Below, one piece after another: positions 1 to 10,500 of a stretch of DNA of 64,000 nucleotides. Positions within the stretch are counted from its first letter, which is position 1. Every line of letters starts with the position of its first letter. Source of the DNA: Lama guanicoe (taxonomy: Eukaryota); NCBI GenBank assembly GCA_013239625.1, contig MU054738.1, forward strand, positions 7,721,855 to 7,785,854, given 5' to 3'. The position numbers and the translations under genes are program-made. The notes beneath the pieces are model-generated. The model was not told where the DNA came from. It was given only the letters and a program-made list of their open reading frames with translations, and made no database searches.

Positions 1-342
1 TGAAATACCAAACGCCTCTGAGTGTGCACTTTATTACTTCACTGTAATGTAGCAACTGAAAGCCAGAAAACTAATGTGCGTCTGGGCTCGGGGTGCCTGC
101 TATGAAATGCAACTGGAAGTAACTTCTCCAGAGCTGGTCCCACAGGCTGATTCTTGGAGTGGGACGCGACCTTGGGCCCCCTCACTGGCAGGCGGCCAGC
201 CGCGTGGGCTCCAGGCCCCCGGAGGTGTGCCCTCCTCCGTGGCCCATCCCAGTGGACAGGAGCTTGGACTGGGAGAACTTCCGGATTCTGAGCACAGTCG
301 CCTCGTGGTAACTTCCTACCGTCGGTCCCAGTTTCGTCCCGA

Positions 343-398
343 GAGCTCCGTAAGCTAATTCTACCTCCGCGAGCTCCGTAAGCTAATTCTACCTCCGC
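343..398. repeat. Perfect 28-bp tandem duplication (gagctccgtaagctaattctacctccgc x2)
   Basis: Identical copies at 343-370 and 371-398. Confidence 0.95.
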
Positions 399-1559
399 GG
401 AGGGTCCAGGATTAGCAGCAATAACAGCACTCGGTCTGGGGGTCTCTCTTTCAGGAAGTAAGAATAACAGTTCCGACGAACACGAGATGAGGTTGACGGC
501 TTTGAGGAGGCCTGCGTAGGGGGGGCCAGAAGCTTCTGTCTGATTAGAGCAAATCCCCCTCTCCTGAGGATCCTCCATGTCACCTCGTCCCCCACCACGC
601 AGAGACGTCCTCCCTTCTCCACGACAAGCATCCTCGACTCAGCCACTTGTGTCCTTGGACGTGTTCTGGGCTGTCGGTGACCCCCCTAAACAGCAGTGTG
701 TGAATGTGAGCAGCTCCAAGAGGCACAGTGGGCGGCACGTGCCCTCTGTGGAGCTCAGAGATGCCGTCAATCACATGTTGAAGTAATAACTTCCAGAGCG
801 TGCCAACAGCAGAACAGGACACCCCGGAGCACGGCTGGATGACAACCCACGCGGCCCCAAATGTCAGGGAGTCTGACCCACGCTCATCAGCCCCGGGCCG
901 CGCTCCACACCCGTGCCCTGTGCATCACTCTCTCTCAGACCACAGGGGAGGGGTTTACACTGACCCCAGTCACATCTTCCTCCCCCAAGCCATCCACAAG
1001 ACTCCTGGAGGCCTCATTCTATCAGCCACCATGAACTACCTCTCTTGGCTTTGGCATCTCAAAACTGACACGTGCTTCTAAAATCATCACGTGCCTCCTA
1101 GACTCAAAGACAAAGAACAGCGAATCATTGCACAATGTGACTTGGTCTGCATCCAGCGGGCGTGCCGCGCCCGGGGACTGGGGAGGGAGGAGGGGCCGCG
1201 TGGAAAAGTACTGGATGCTGAGTCAGAGTGGAGAAGGGCGTCTTCAAGGCCCCCGGACGAGGTGGTCTTGGCAGAAGCCTCGAGAAAGGCCACACTGGAG
1301 GCACCTCCCTGCAAAAGGAGGCCTGGGGTGGAGGTGCGGGTGGGCCAGACACCAAATGAGCCCCAGAGCATGGCTGGGGGTGGGGGTTGTCCGGGCCTTG
1401 GACTGAACTCCCTCCAGAAAACAGCCCTGTGCTTGCTGGCTGGCTGCGCAGGTGTAAGGTGGGGAGGGCACACCCCACCCTTGGGAGGCCAGGTCTGAAA
1501 CATCACACGTGGATTTTTGGCCTGGAAGCCTGACTCCTCAGACTATAGTTAAAATGGGA

Positions 1560-1765
1560 CAGGATTTCTCACCCTCAGCGTTATTGTCATTTGGGATTGG
1601 ACAACCGTTTGCTCTGGTGCCAGAGCGTGGGGTCCTGTGCACTGGGGGATGTTTGGCAGTTTCCCTGCCGGCATCCACCAGGTGCGAGAAGCTGTGACAG
1701 CCCAAAGTGTCTCCAGATGTCGCCAAATGTCCCCTGGGGGCAGCACCGCCTGGTCGATGACACGG
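1560..1765 (-). mobile_element. MER20-like hAT-Charlie non-autonomous DNA transposon
   Basis: caggatttctcaccctcagc...tgtctccagatgtcgccaaatgtcccctggggg matches the recalled MER20 consensus. Confidence 0.8.
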
Positions 1766-2624
1766 AGGCAGAGGAACCCCAGCTGCTCAGAATTCTGTGT
1801 GTGTCAATCTACTTCTGTGTTTTTGGCATCACCCTGGGAGGGTCTCCTCTGCCTGAGACCACCTTTCTCTCCTTTTCCGTTTGTGGCTCCTCTAGGAAGC
1901 CCTCCCCAGTCGCGCTGCACCCACCCCCAGAGCCCACCCTGTCTTTCGCACGGCTTGTGCACCGAACACACGCTTCCAGTACGACTGCCTCAGTCTCTCC
2001 GCCACACATCACTCTGGTGCTTAATCGGCACACGGTCAACGCAGAGGACAGTGGCTCTACACGACGGGGGACAAGAACCGGGGCTGAGGGAAACACAGGG
2101 CCTGGAAACCAGCAGAAGAGCCTTCCCAAGAGAAGCAGCGCTGAGAATCCAAGCAGGGAAATGATGGAGACAGTCCCCCGAGGGCAGCTTTCGGAAGGTG
2201 CTGGCGACATGTTGGGCGCAGTTTAGTGGGTGACAGAGGTGAGGACCCTTTCAAGGAGTCAGACCAGGTGGGAACGGTGGTGATCTGCCAGGTGCAAGGT
2301 CAACCAGGGACATTTAAGAAGAGAGAGGGCAGCGTGCTGACGGCGGCTCAGGAAGGGAGGAACAGTCGTGGGGGTGCTGTGGGGAGCAGACACCCCAGGG
2401 ACAGAGGCCACTGATGAAGTCAGGCCCGGAGGAGAACCCAGGGACCCGCCGGGGTACACAGGAGGAGCAGCGCCCCTGCCCCCGAAACTCCAGGGCACGG
2501 GTCCAGGAAGGCACTGTGCCACCGGGCGCAGGGAGGAGGGCCAGCCTCTAGTGAAACAGGGGGCGGTGTGGGGTGGGGGAAGGCTAGCTGGAGGAAGTCA
2601 GGAAATGACACCGAACGTGCACTC

Positions 2625-2740
2625 CCTGTGCGCCCGGATTTTACTCGTTTTTCACTTACCTCCCCCGAACAACCCGTGAAGCTGGTGTTACATCCAGTTT
2701 ACAGATGGGCCTGTGAGCACAGAGAGGTGCCTGGAACCCC
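2625..2740. mobile_element. MIR SINE remnant
   Basis: Core-like aacaacccgtgaagctggtg...ccagtttacagatg...gagcacagagagg. Confidence 0.55.
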
Positions 2741-4029
2741 ATCTCCTCCTGGGAACCTGTAGGAAGCCCGGGCCCCTGCCTGCAGGTTTTCTTCTGCAAG
2801 ACACCAGCTTGAGGAAGGGTCACCAGCCAAGGAGAAGACCAGGCTGGGAGCGTCCCAGAGCCAGTGGTGCTGAGACCTGGAGGGGCCCGGGGTGGAGGGA
2901 GAAACAAGCAGGAGAGGCCGGCAGGGCCGGCCCCTCATCTCAGCATCAATCAGGGCAGCCCGGGCAAGGGCCAGGGGCCAGGGGCCCCTCCCAAGGCCAT
3001 GCCCCCTCTGCATGGCTCTGCCTAGGGGAAGGGGGACAGCCCAAAGCTGAACTGATTGAATCTTAAACTTGAAATGTTGGAAAAATCACCGACAGGTCTG
3101 AGCTGTCCTGGAACTAAGTAGATTCAGTTTTCTACCATCAGGCAGGAGGGGAAGCCAGACAGAATTCGGTTATGGGGAAAGAGAGCGTTGCAGGCAGTAC
3201 CTTGGAGTCTCGGATTGCGAAACACCGTCTGCTCTCCGGGTATCGCTCATCTCAGGAAGGTCACCACGAAGACTGTCAGATGCTCAGAACTAAAAATAGC
3301 AGAACTTTAGTTTATGACTGAGGCCTGGCAGGTGAGAGTCTGAGAGAACGAAGGTGGCTCCCACGATCGATGTCCAATTTCACTGTCTCCAAAATCTGCA
3401 ACTGTGGCATCCCCCTGCACAGAACCGTGGGAAGGAGTGAGCGGAGGGTGTAGCAAAGAGCAGAGGAGTCCTGGAAGAGCCTTGCCACGTTCTGAAGGCA
3501 GCGCAGCTGCTGGATTCTGAGGGAACGTCCCTGCGGCCGCACTCAGCAGGAGGGGTGGTGACCACACGTTAACCCCTTCCGCAATGGGCAGTCCTGCTGT
3601 GCTGGCGAGGTTTTCCCCCAGCAGGAAAGGGCACCACCAGTTTCACAGTGGAAACCGACGAAGTAGCCCTGCGGGGACATCGGACGGACACCCCTGCTGG
3701 ATGTCCACCCCTGATGGACACCCGGAGCCGGGCTTCGCGGGGACTTGTGGGATGTTCTTGTTGCAGGGCCCACATGTGCTGGGTGCCATTTAAATACCCA
3801 GCCCCTGTGGGTCATCAGCTGTCTGACAGTTCAGGGGCAGGTGTGGCTCTGGCTAATTCCACTTAGGGCGTGAGTGACCCTGAGCAGCTGGCCGGGGGCT
3901 GGGTGGTGGGCAGAAGGCTTCTCTCGCTGTCCTGTCCTGGAGGGCTGCTCCTGACCATCCTCTACAAGGCTCTTGGCTCTGAAGAGCTCCTAAGTGTGGG
4001 GGTGCACAGGGCACCCTCTCAGCTCTCAG

Positions 4030-4600
4030 TGGTATCAGGGCTGCCGTGACAGTCCCAGAGGCTCATAGTTCTGGAGGCCGGAAGTCCGAGATCAAGATGT
4101 CCACAAGATGGGTTTCCCCTGAGGGTCCTCTCCTTGGCTTGTAGATGGCTGTGCTGCAGGTGCTCGAGGCCTGGCAGATCCACTCGGGTTTCAGGCAGAC
4201 AGACGAGCACTCGCCGGGCCGTGGGCGTCTCTGACGTGCCTTTACTGCCGGGGAGCACACAGGCTCCATGGCAGCGGTGGTGGCAAGTCCCTTATACACC
4301 AAGGCTGACAAAGCCACCTACGACCTGTGGCCAACCAGTGCACTTGCGTAGGGCAAGTCACGCTCAAGTAACACCACAGGGGCGCTGCGCACGGGGTGGC
4401 GCGACCCAGCCCCGGGCACCGGATGTCTGGCAGTGGCTCCGTTCTCCCCACAGTGGCTTCTCCCACTGCGTGTCAACGCCCGCCTTCCCTCTTCTGTAAG
4501 GACACCAGGCCCACCCTAACAGCCACTTTAACTTTGGCACCCTCTAAAGGCCACATACAGCCACCTTCCCAGGGGCATTCACACACAGTTCAGGTCACAC
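4030..4600. mobile_element. MaLR LTR fragments (MLT1-like)
   Basis: ctcatagttctggaggccggaagtccgagatcaag...cttggcttgtagatggc and cttctgtaaggacaccaggcccaccctaa are typical MLT1 segments. Confidence 0.65.
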
Positions 4601-5299
4601 ACACCAGCTTTCCACACATGAGGCCAAGAATGATCAGACATCGTCCCAGGCCCACGACTGGGGTTCGGATGAGAGGAAGCAAACAGCACACTCGCCCAAC
4701 GCCCAGATCAGCCGTCTTGGCCCTGGGGAACAGGGTCAGGTTTCAAAGTAATCAGGGAAGCTAAGGCAGAGGTAGGAGAAATGGAAACTTCGTTTGGCGT
4801 TTTGTTTCTTTAGGCTCTGCCTTGTCCCAGAGAGGACACGAGGGGGGAAAGCCCCAGATTACCAAGGACAGGAGGGGGAGGAGCAAAGGAGACCATCTGT
4901 GCCCCCCCTCTGTCCCCAGGAGGGCACGTGCATGCTGCTCCCTGGTGACCAGAGCGCCACCCAGCCTGCACCCTCGGGTGGGGGTGGGAGGGGGCAGTTA
5001 GGAAGTTGTTCTTCAGGCCAAGCCCAGTGCTCTCGGGGCTACCAAACTTACTGCGGTTCCCCAGGGAGAGAGGCAGCCAGCGGACCAGCACACAGGGCCT
5101 TACAGTGAAGAGCTACCTGCCGTTTCCTCAGAGTCACCACTAGCGCGGGGGAGATTTGGATAATCCACGAGAAAAGGCTGATTTCGGTGTTCAGTGGTTA
5201 CTGGTATTCATTTAGCACCTGTTCCTGGAAGGGTGCACTGGTGGGCATGTCTCTGATAATGGCAGCAAACGCACGAGCCAGGCATGTGTATATGAACCC

Positions 5300-5425
5300 A
5301 CATGCTAGTTACAGAGCCCTTTTACAGCTGAGGGAACTGAGGCAAAAGGGGCTACTTGTAGCTTGCTCAAATGCACACAGCGGGGAGAGAACGAGGCCAA
5401 TATTTTAACTCAGGACAATCTGGGG
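5300..5425. mobile_element. MIR SINE remnant
   Basis: ttttacagctgagggaactgaggcaaa...cttgctcaaatgcacacagc core. Confidence 0.65.
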
Positions 5426-5789
5426 GCTGCAAACTGCACACTAGGTAAACCACAAGTTAGTGGTTAAAACTACGTGATTCTGTCTTAAGATATTTGGAAG
5501 TTAGGTAAGAAAGTTACAGAGGCAACTTCTCTAGCTGTCCCCAACAGGGAGTGGAGGGGAAGTGTTCAGAAAGCGAGCTGAGAAGAGGCCAGAGAGACAT
5601 GTCTTAACTTCCCAGTTCTGTTCAGTGTTGCGACCTATCTCTAATGATAACCTGCCACGAAGATCAACAGCGGAATACATCTAATTCTGAAATGCAGCAT
5701 TCAGAGCAGCCTCAAGCGTTTTCAGAAACCAACTCCCTGCTTGAAAATCATGAAAAACGGGAACAGGAAGGAAACCTGCCCTCAGCTGC

Positions 5790-7500
5790 CCCAGACCCGG
5801 GGCGGTGAGTGGGGGCACCCGAGGCAATTCGCCGTTTAGTTCTCCCCCGTGTAGGGCGAGGAGGCAGGACGCGAGACCACAGCCCTGGCCCGCTCTGGCC
5901 CCCTAATCCCCGCTTGTGGTTCGTAATTTTCATCTGGCCGGCACGTACACCCAAAGCTTCCCTACAAGGGGGGGGGGTGTCACGGACGAAGGCTGCCGTG
6001 TAAACAGGGCCCCTGTTGGGGTGCGTGCACCGCTCCCGAGGCTTCCCTGACCCGGGGCTGCAGGGCAGCTCCACGCGGGTCAGCCCCTGTCCAGCGGGCA
6101 GGCCGCAGCTCACGAGCTCAAACTCCCCGAGGCGACCGGGACTGGTGGTGGGCGGGGCCCGCGGCCGGGGTCGCTGGAGGCCGCCCCACGGCTGCAGCGG
6201 CCCGGCGGGCCGAGCCCACGCGGGAGCCAAGGCTGCCCCGCAGGGCCTGCGCGGGGTCGGGGGCCGCTCCCCGCTCGCGCCCACACCCCCGAGACCGGTG
6301 CTGTGCTCCGCGGGGATTCCGGGCCCAGCCCCTCTCCCACCGGGCGAGCGCTGCCGCTTCCTGCGCTTCCTACCCTCGGTACCCCGCGCGCTCGGGGCGG
6401 CGGGGCCCGGGACGCGGAGGAGGGCGGGACCAGGCTCTGGGAGGGGCGGGGCCGGGCTGCCTGGGCCCCGCCCACTGCCCGCCCGCTCGCTGCCACCGCC
6501 GGGCCGCACAACTGCCGGCGGGCGCGGTCCAGGCGCGGAGCCACGGGAGGCGCGGGGCGAGAGCGGAGCCTGGCGTTGGATGTGGGAGCGCTGGCGCGCC
6601 CGGAGGCGGCGATGAAGCCGAGCGGCGAGGACCGGGAGGCGCAGGCCGGGGACCCTTGGGAGGAGTGCTTCGAGGCGGCCGTGCAGCTGGCGCTGCGGGC
6701 GGGACAGGTGAGCGCGGCCCGGGGCGCACGGCGCCCGCACTCGGACTGGGGGCAGAGCGGGCGCAGGGCGTGGGCAGAGGGAGACCCCGCGGCCGAACTC
6801 CGAGGGCTTGCGTGCGGCCTCCCGCACACCTGCACACCTACGCCCCCGCACCTGGACGGGCGCCCTGGGTCCCTCGGGCTGGAGGCGTGGGCGGGCTCAG
6901 GACGCAGGGCGGTCTGGCGGGAGCGGGCGCGTCAGGGCGCGGGGGTTGCCTTGGAGTTGATCCAGTGGGCAGGACTGCCGCGGGTTCGAACTCCGCCGCG
7001 TGCACTCGGGGCTATGGCCGGTGTTTCCGCGTCCCGAGTGTAGTGGGTTCCACTCCGCGTTAGAGGAACTGCTCCCTCACCGGAAGGATGAAGGTCCGGC
7101 CGCCGAGCTGACGAAACCGGCGGAGGGCAGCCCGTCTCTTCTCTCTTTCGTGTGTTTTGCTCCCCCGTTTCCTCGGTGCCTGACACCTGGGGCTCCGCAG
7201 GCCACGTGCGGCGGCGAGTGGGGGCGCCGCCCTCCCGGGGCGGCCTGGGCGCGGGGGAGGCGGGCGGAGGGGCGGCCGGCTCCCGCCTGGCGGGAAGGCG
7301 CAGGGCTGCGCCCTGGCGACCCGGAGCCGGGGGGCGGACAGGAGGGGGAGCGCTGCCCGCAGGCGGGCTTCCTGCCCCCCGAACAGCAGCTCCTTTTCAG
7401 TCAGAAAGCGCTCCGCAGGTTAACACCAGGCTGTCACCAGTCCTGCATTAGAAGTGAGTCCCCACGGGCACGGGGAGTCGGCGGTACCTCGCTGTGAACC
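5790..7500. promoter_or_regulatory. IMPA2: CpG island / TATA-less promoter of IMPA2
   Basis: Very high CpG density spanning exon 1; GC boxes (e.g. ggggcgggg near 6443-6451); no TATA box seen. Confidence 0.85.
6612..6707 (+). CDS. IMPA2: IMPA2 coding exon 1 ([32 protein letters not shown])
   Basis: ATG in gcgATGa context within the CpG island; donor CAG|gtgagc. Confidence 0.97.
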
Positions 7501-10500
7501 CTCGAAGCCCCTAAAAAGTTAGCCTTCAACACGAGCGGACACCGTCTGTGTTGGCCACCCGCCCGCTGCGGTTTGAAAGACCCAAGACTCAGCCTGTGAG
7601 GAACGCATGACTTAAAAGGGGGCGAGGGGGCGCTGAGAGATTCGATCCCTGGCGAGGAGGAGGACCCCAAGCTTGCCCGCTCCACTGACGGAGCCTGCAG
7701 CTGCAGGGCAGACGGCCTTCCTGGAAAGCGGGTCCACCGTGCAGCGCGCGCACTTGCCGACTCCCCTCCCCAGAGTGAGCGTCCTCGGGGCATTTGGTAA
7801 CTTTTAGGTTCCACCGTAAAACTTTTTAAGAGAAGCCTATTTGGGATTCAGACACTACTATGTAAACCCTGGTGAGTTGTTACGGTTCTCTGTGGCTTTT
7901 CAAATTTAGATCCTTGAGGAAACAGAAGAGTTTTTGAAACTTTTAAAAAACATACTTGCAAATGCTTACATAGAATCTGCCTCATAGCAGCCACGATTCT
8001 AAGGGTCTTAGGAATTGTGACTTATTTAAGGGATCTCTTAGGCTTTTGCAGTTTGCCAGCAACAACAGAAGCAGCTTTTTTTGAGAGCTGGGGAAGGGTG
8101 AAACAAGGATTCTGCCATGAAGGGTCTGGTCAGGGAGCCCAGGACTCCAGGCTCCCTCTTGGGCATTGATGCTGATGCTTCCTGCCTGCTGGGCGCTGGC
8201 AGGGAGGGCGGCCAGAACAGCCTGTGGCTGGGCCGTCCCAGCCTGTGTAAAGAGGGACAGGTTGTCTTAGAGATGGTCTCACAGTGACAGGGTGCTGACT
8301 GGAGGGATCCTGGCCAGATCGCCCCGAGAGGAATGAAGGAGGGTGAGTGGGGAATCCTCCACTTAGCCAGAGGAGAGTACAGGGTATACCCTGCGTCCTG
8401 GCGTGCCCACCCGCCCCGTCCTATTTTAGTAAGTTTGCTGCTCTCAGCTGCTCCAGAGACGCCTCTGTGCCTCTGGGAGGCATCTGTCCAGTCCAGTGCC
8501 GACCACCCGGACTGCTGCGGGAGCCGCTCCCTTGTTCCTGGGCTTTGTAGGGGGTGAGGTCAGCCCACTCCATCACCACCACCCATACAAAGAGCAATAT
8601 TCATTGAAATGAGTGTTTACCATCTTTTCTGTGATGTGAAACAAAACCATCTTAGAAAACTATGCTTTTTTTTTAAACTTTTTTTATTGAGTTATAGTCA
8701 TTTTACGATGTTGTGTCAAATCCCAGTGCAAAGCACAATTTTTCAGTTATACATGAACATACGTATATTCATTGTCACATTTTTTTTCACCATGAGCTAC
8801 CACAAGATCTTGTATATATTTCCCTGTGCTATACAGTATAATCTTGTTTATCTATTCTACATATGCCTGTCAGTATCTACAAATTTTGAACTCCCAGTCT
8901 ATCCCTTCCCACCCCTACCCCCAGAAAACTATGCTTTTTAAATTAACCTGCAGGGGTAGGTCCAGGTTTTGTTGAGCCTGAGGTTTAGAAAATGTAGGGA
9001 CCGTCTTTAAGAAAAAAAACCCCACAAAATTACAAATTGAACACTAGATATAAAAATTGTTTATTTAGAATAAGATCACAACAGTATACATTTTTAGGTG
9101 CTAACAAATAGAGCAAAATACATAAAATAATTTTTAAGCACTTCTCAATCTTCTCTAATAATTTTTTCCACATTTTTGGCTTTCTCTCTTTGTGTCTTTG
9201 GGTGACAATGATTTTGTAGTGTTTTCTATAGAGAGACTGGAAAGAGAAATTCAGGCTTTCCTGTAGGATGGCTGATGGCTTACTGATAGTTTAGGGAAGT
9301 TCAGTTAGGCTTCACACTTGTGATTGGTAGGGTCGTGTTGTACATTTTTAGGATTGCCATCAAATGTGAGAATCCTGTCGGGGTTTTTCACGTATCAGTC
9401 GTGAGGTGGGAAAGATTTGTCCAGGTTAGCTTCTGGCCCTGGGCAGTTGAAACCTGTTTCTTTCCATCATCCCACGTGCCAGCTGCCCCTGCACACGCCC
9501 GCTTGCTCCTCTGGTCCTGCATTCGTGTCACCGTGCCGAGTCTGCCTGCATGCACGGTACTGGCGTTTCTGGAAGCCATTCGTACGGAGGATGGCTGACA
9601 GTGACCTACAAACATGACTGCACACCCCACGAGTCTGTCCCGCAAAACCCAGCGGAAATTCACCTCCGCTTTGCTTCCTTTTAGCCCCAAATCCCCCTGC
9701 CACTCCAGTGCCCCCTGACGCAGAATATGGTGGAGGGGAGGTCACAGTGGAACTTGACAGCAGCCCTGTCTGCAGTCAAAAGAGCCAACTTTTGTGACCT
9801 TACAAAAGCTGCTCCAGTGTGACCGAGGGAACTGTGCTAGGTTTCCCAGCAGAAGCTCGCTGGAGGGAAGGGCCAGGAGGTGGCTGGGTATGAACTCGTC
9901 GCTTTTCTAGTGACACGGCCCAGGACTCCCCCGCTCTCATCCTTCAGGCTCCTGGCCCCGGGGTTGGCCTGCACACCCTTGTGGGTTATGCTTCCCAAAG
10001 CCTGTCTGTTGTCTCCACAGCCCCGCGTGGCCAACCCTCTGGCAGCCGAACTGAACTCCTTGGCGTTCTCCAGGCACGCCCAGCCTGTTCCCACCTGTCT
10101 TCTGGCCCACACCCCCGAAAACCAAATTCTCTCCTAGGCCCAGCTCCCAAGCCCCTTCCTTCACAGAAGGACTTCCCATGTGACCTTTCTGTCCCTCCTG
10201 TGCCTCTTCCCAGCTGTGTTTGCCCCTGGACTGGTCAGTGTGCTTGCCCCATGATGGGGGGATGCCCCCTGCCTGCCTCCGGCTGCCCAGAGCAGAGGGG
10301 ACACGGCGGGGCTCTGACCCAGCAGCCCCATTGCCCACAGGTGCTGTTTTGATTTGTGATTCTCTTGTTTATCTGTTGCTCACACGGGGACGGTCACCAG
10401 TGAAATACCGCTTGAGGGAGTGTCGTGGACCCAGCAGCGCCCTGTCCCCGTCATCCTCACCCTTATCCTCAGGGGCTGTTGTTCTCAGGGTTCTGATGGT

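Noticed and set aside
39-800. 179-aa minus-strand ORF as a possible MPPE1 exon or pseudogene
   Set aside because: No similarity to MPPE1 or any protein I recognise; no exon structure supported.
5748-6851. 367-aa antisense ORF and other long ORFs over the IMPA2 promoter
   Set aside because: Pro/Arg/Gly/Ala-rich, open in several frames on both strands; expected in a stop-poor CpG island; no domain recognised.
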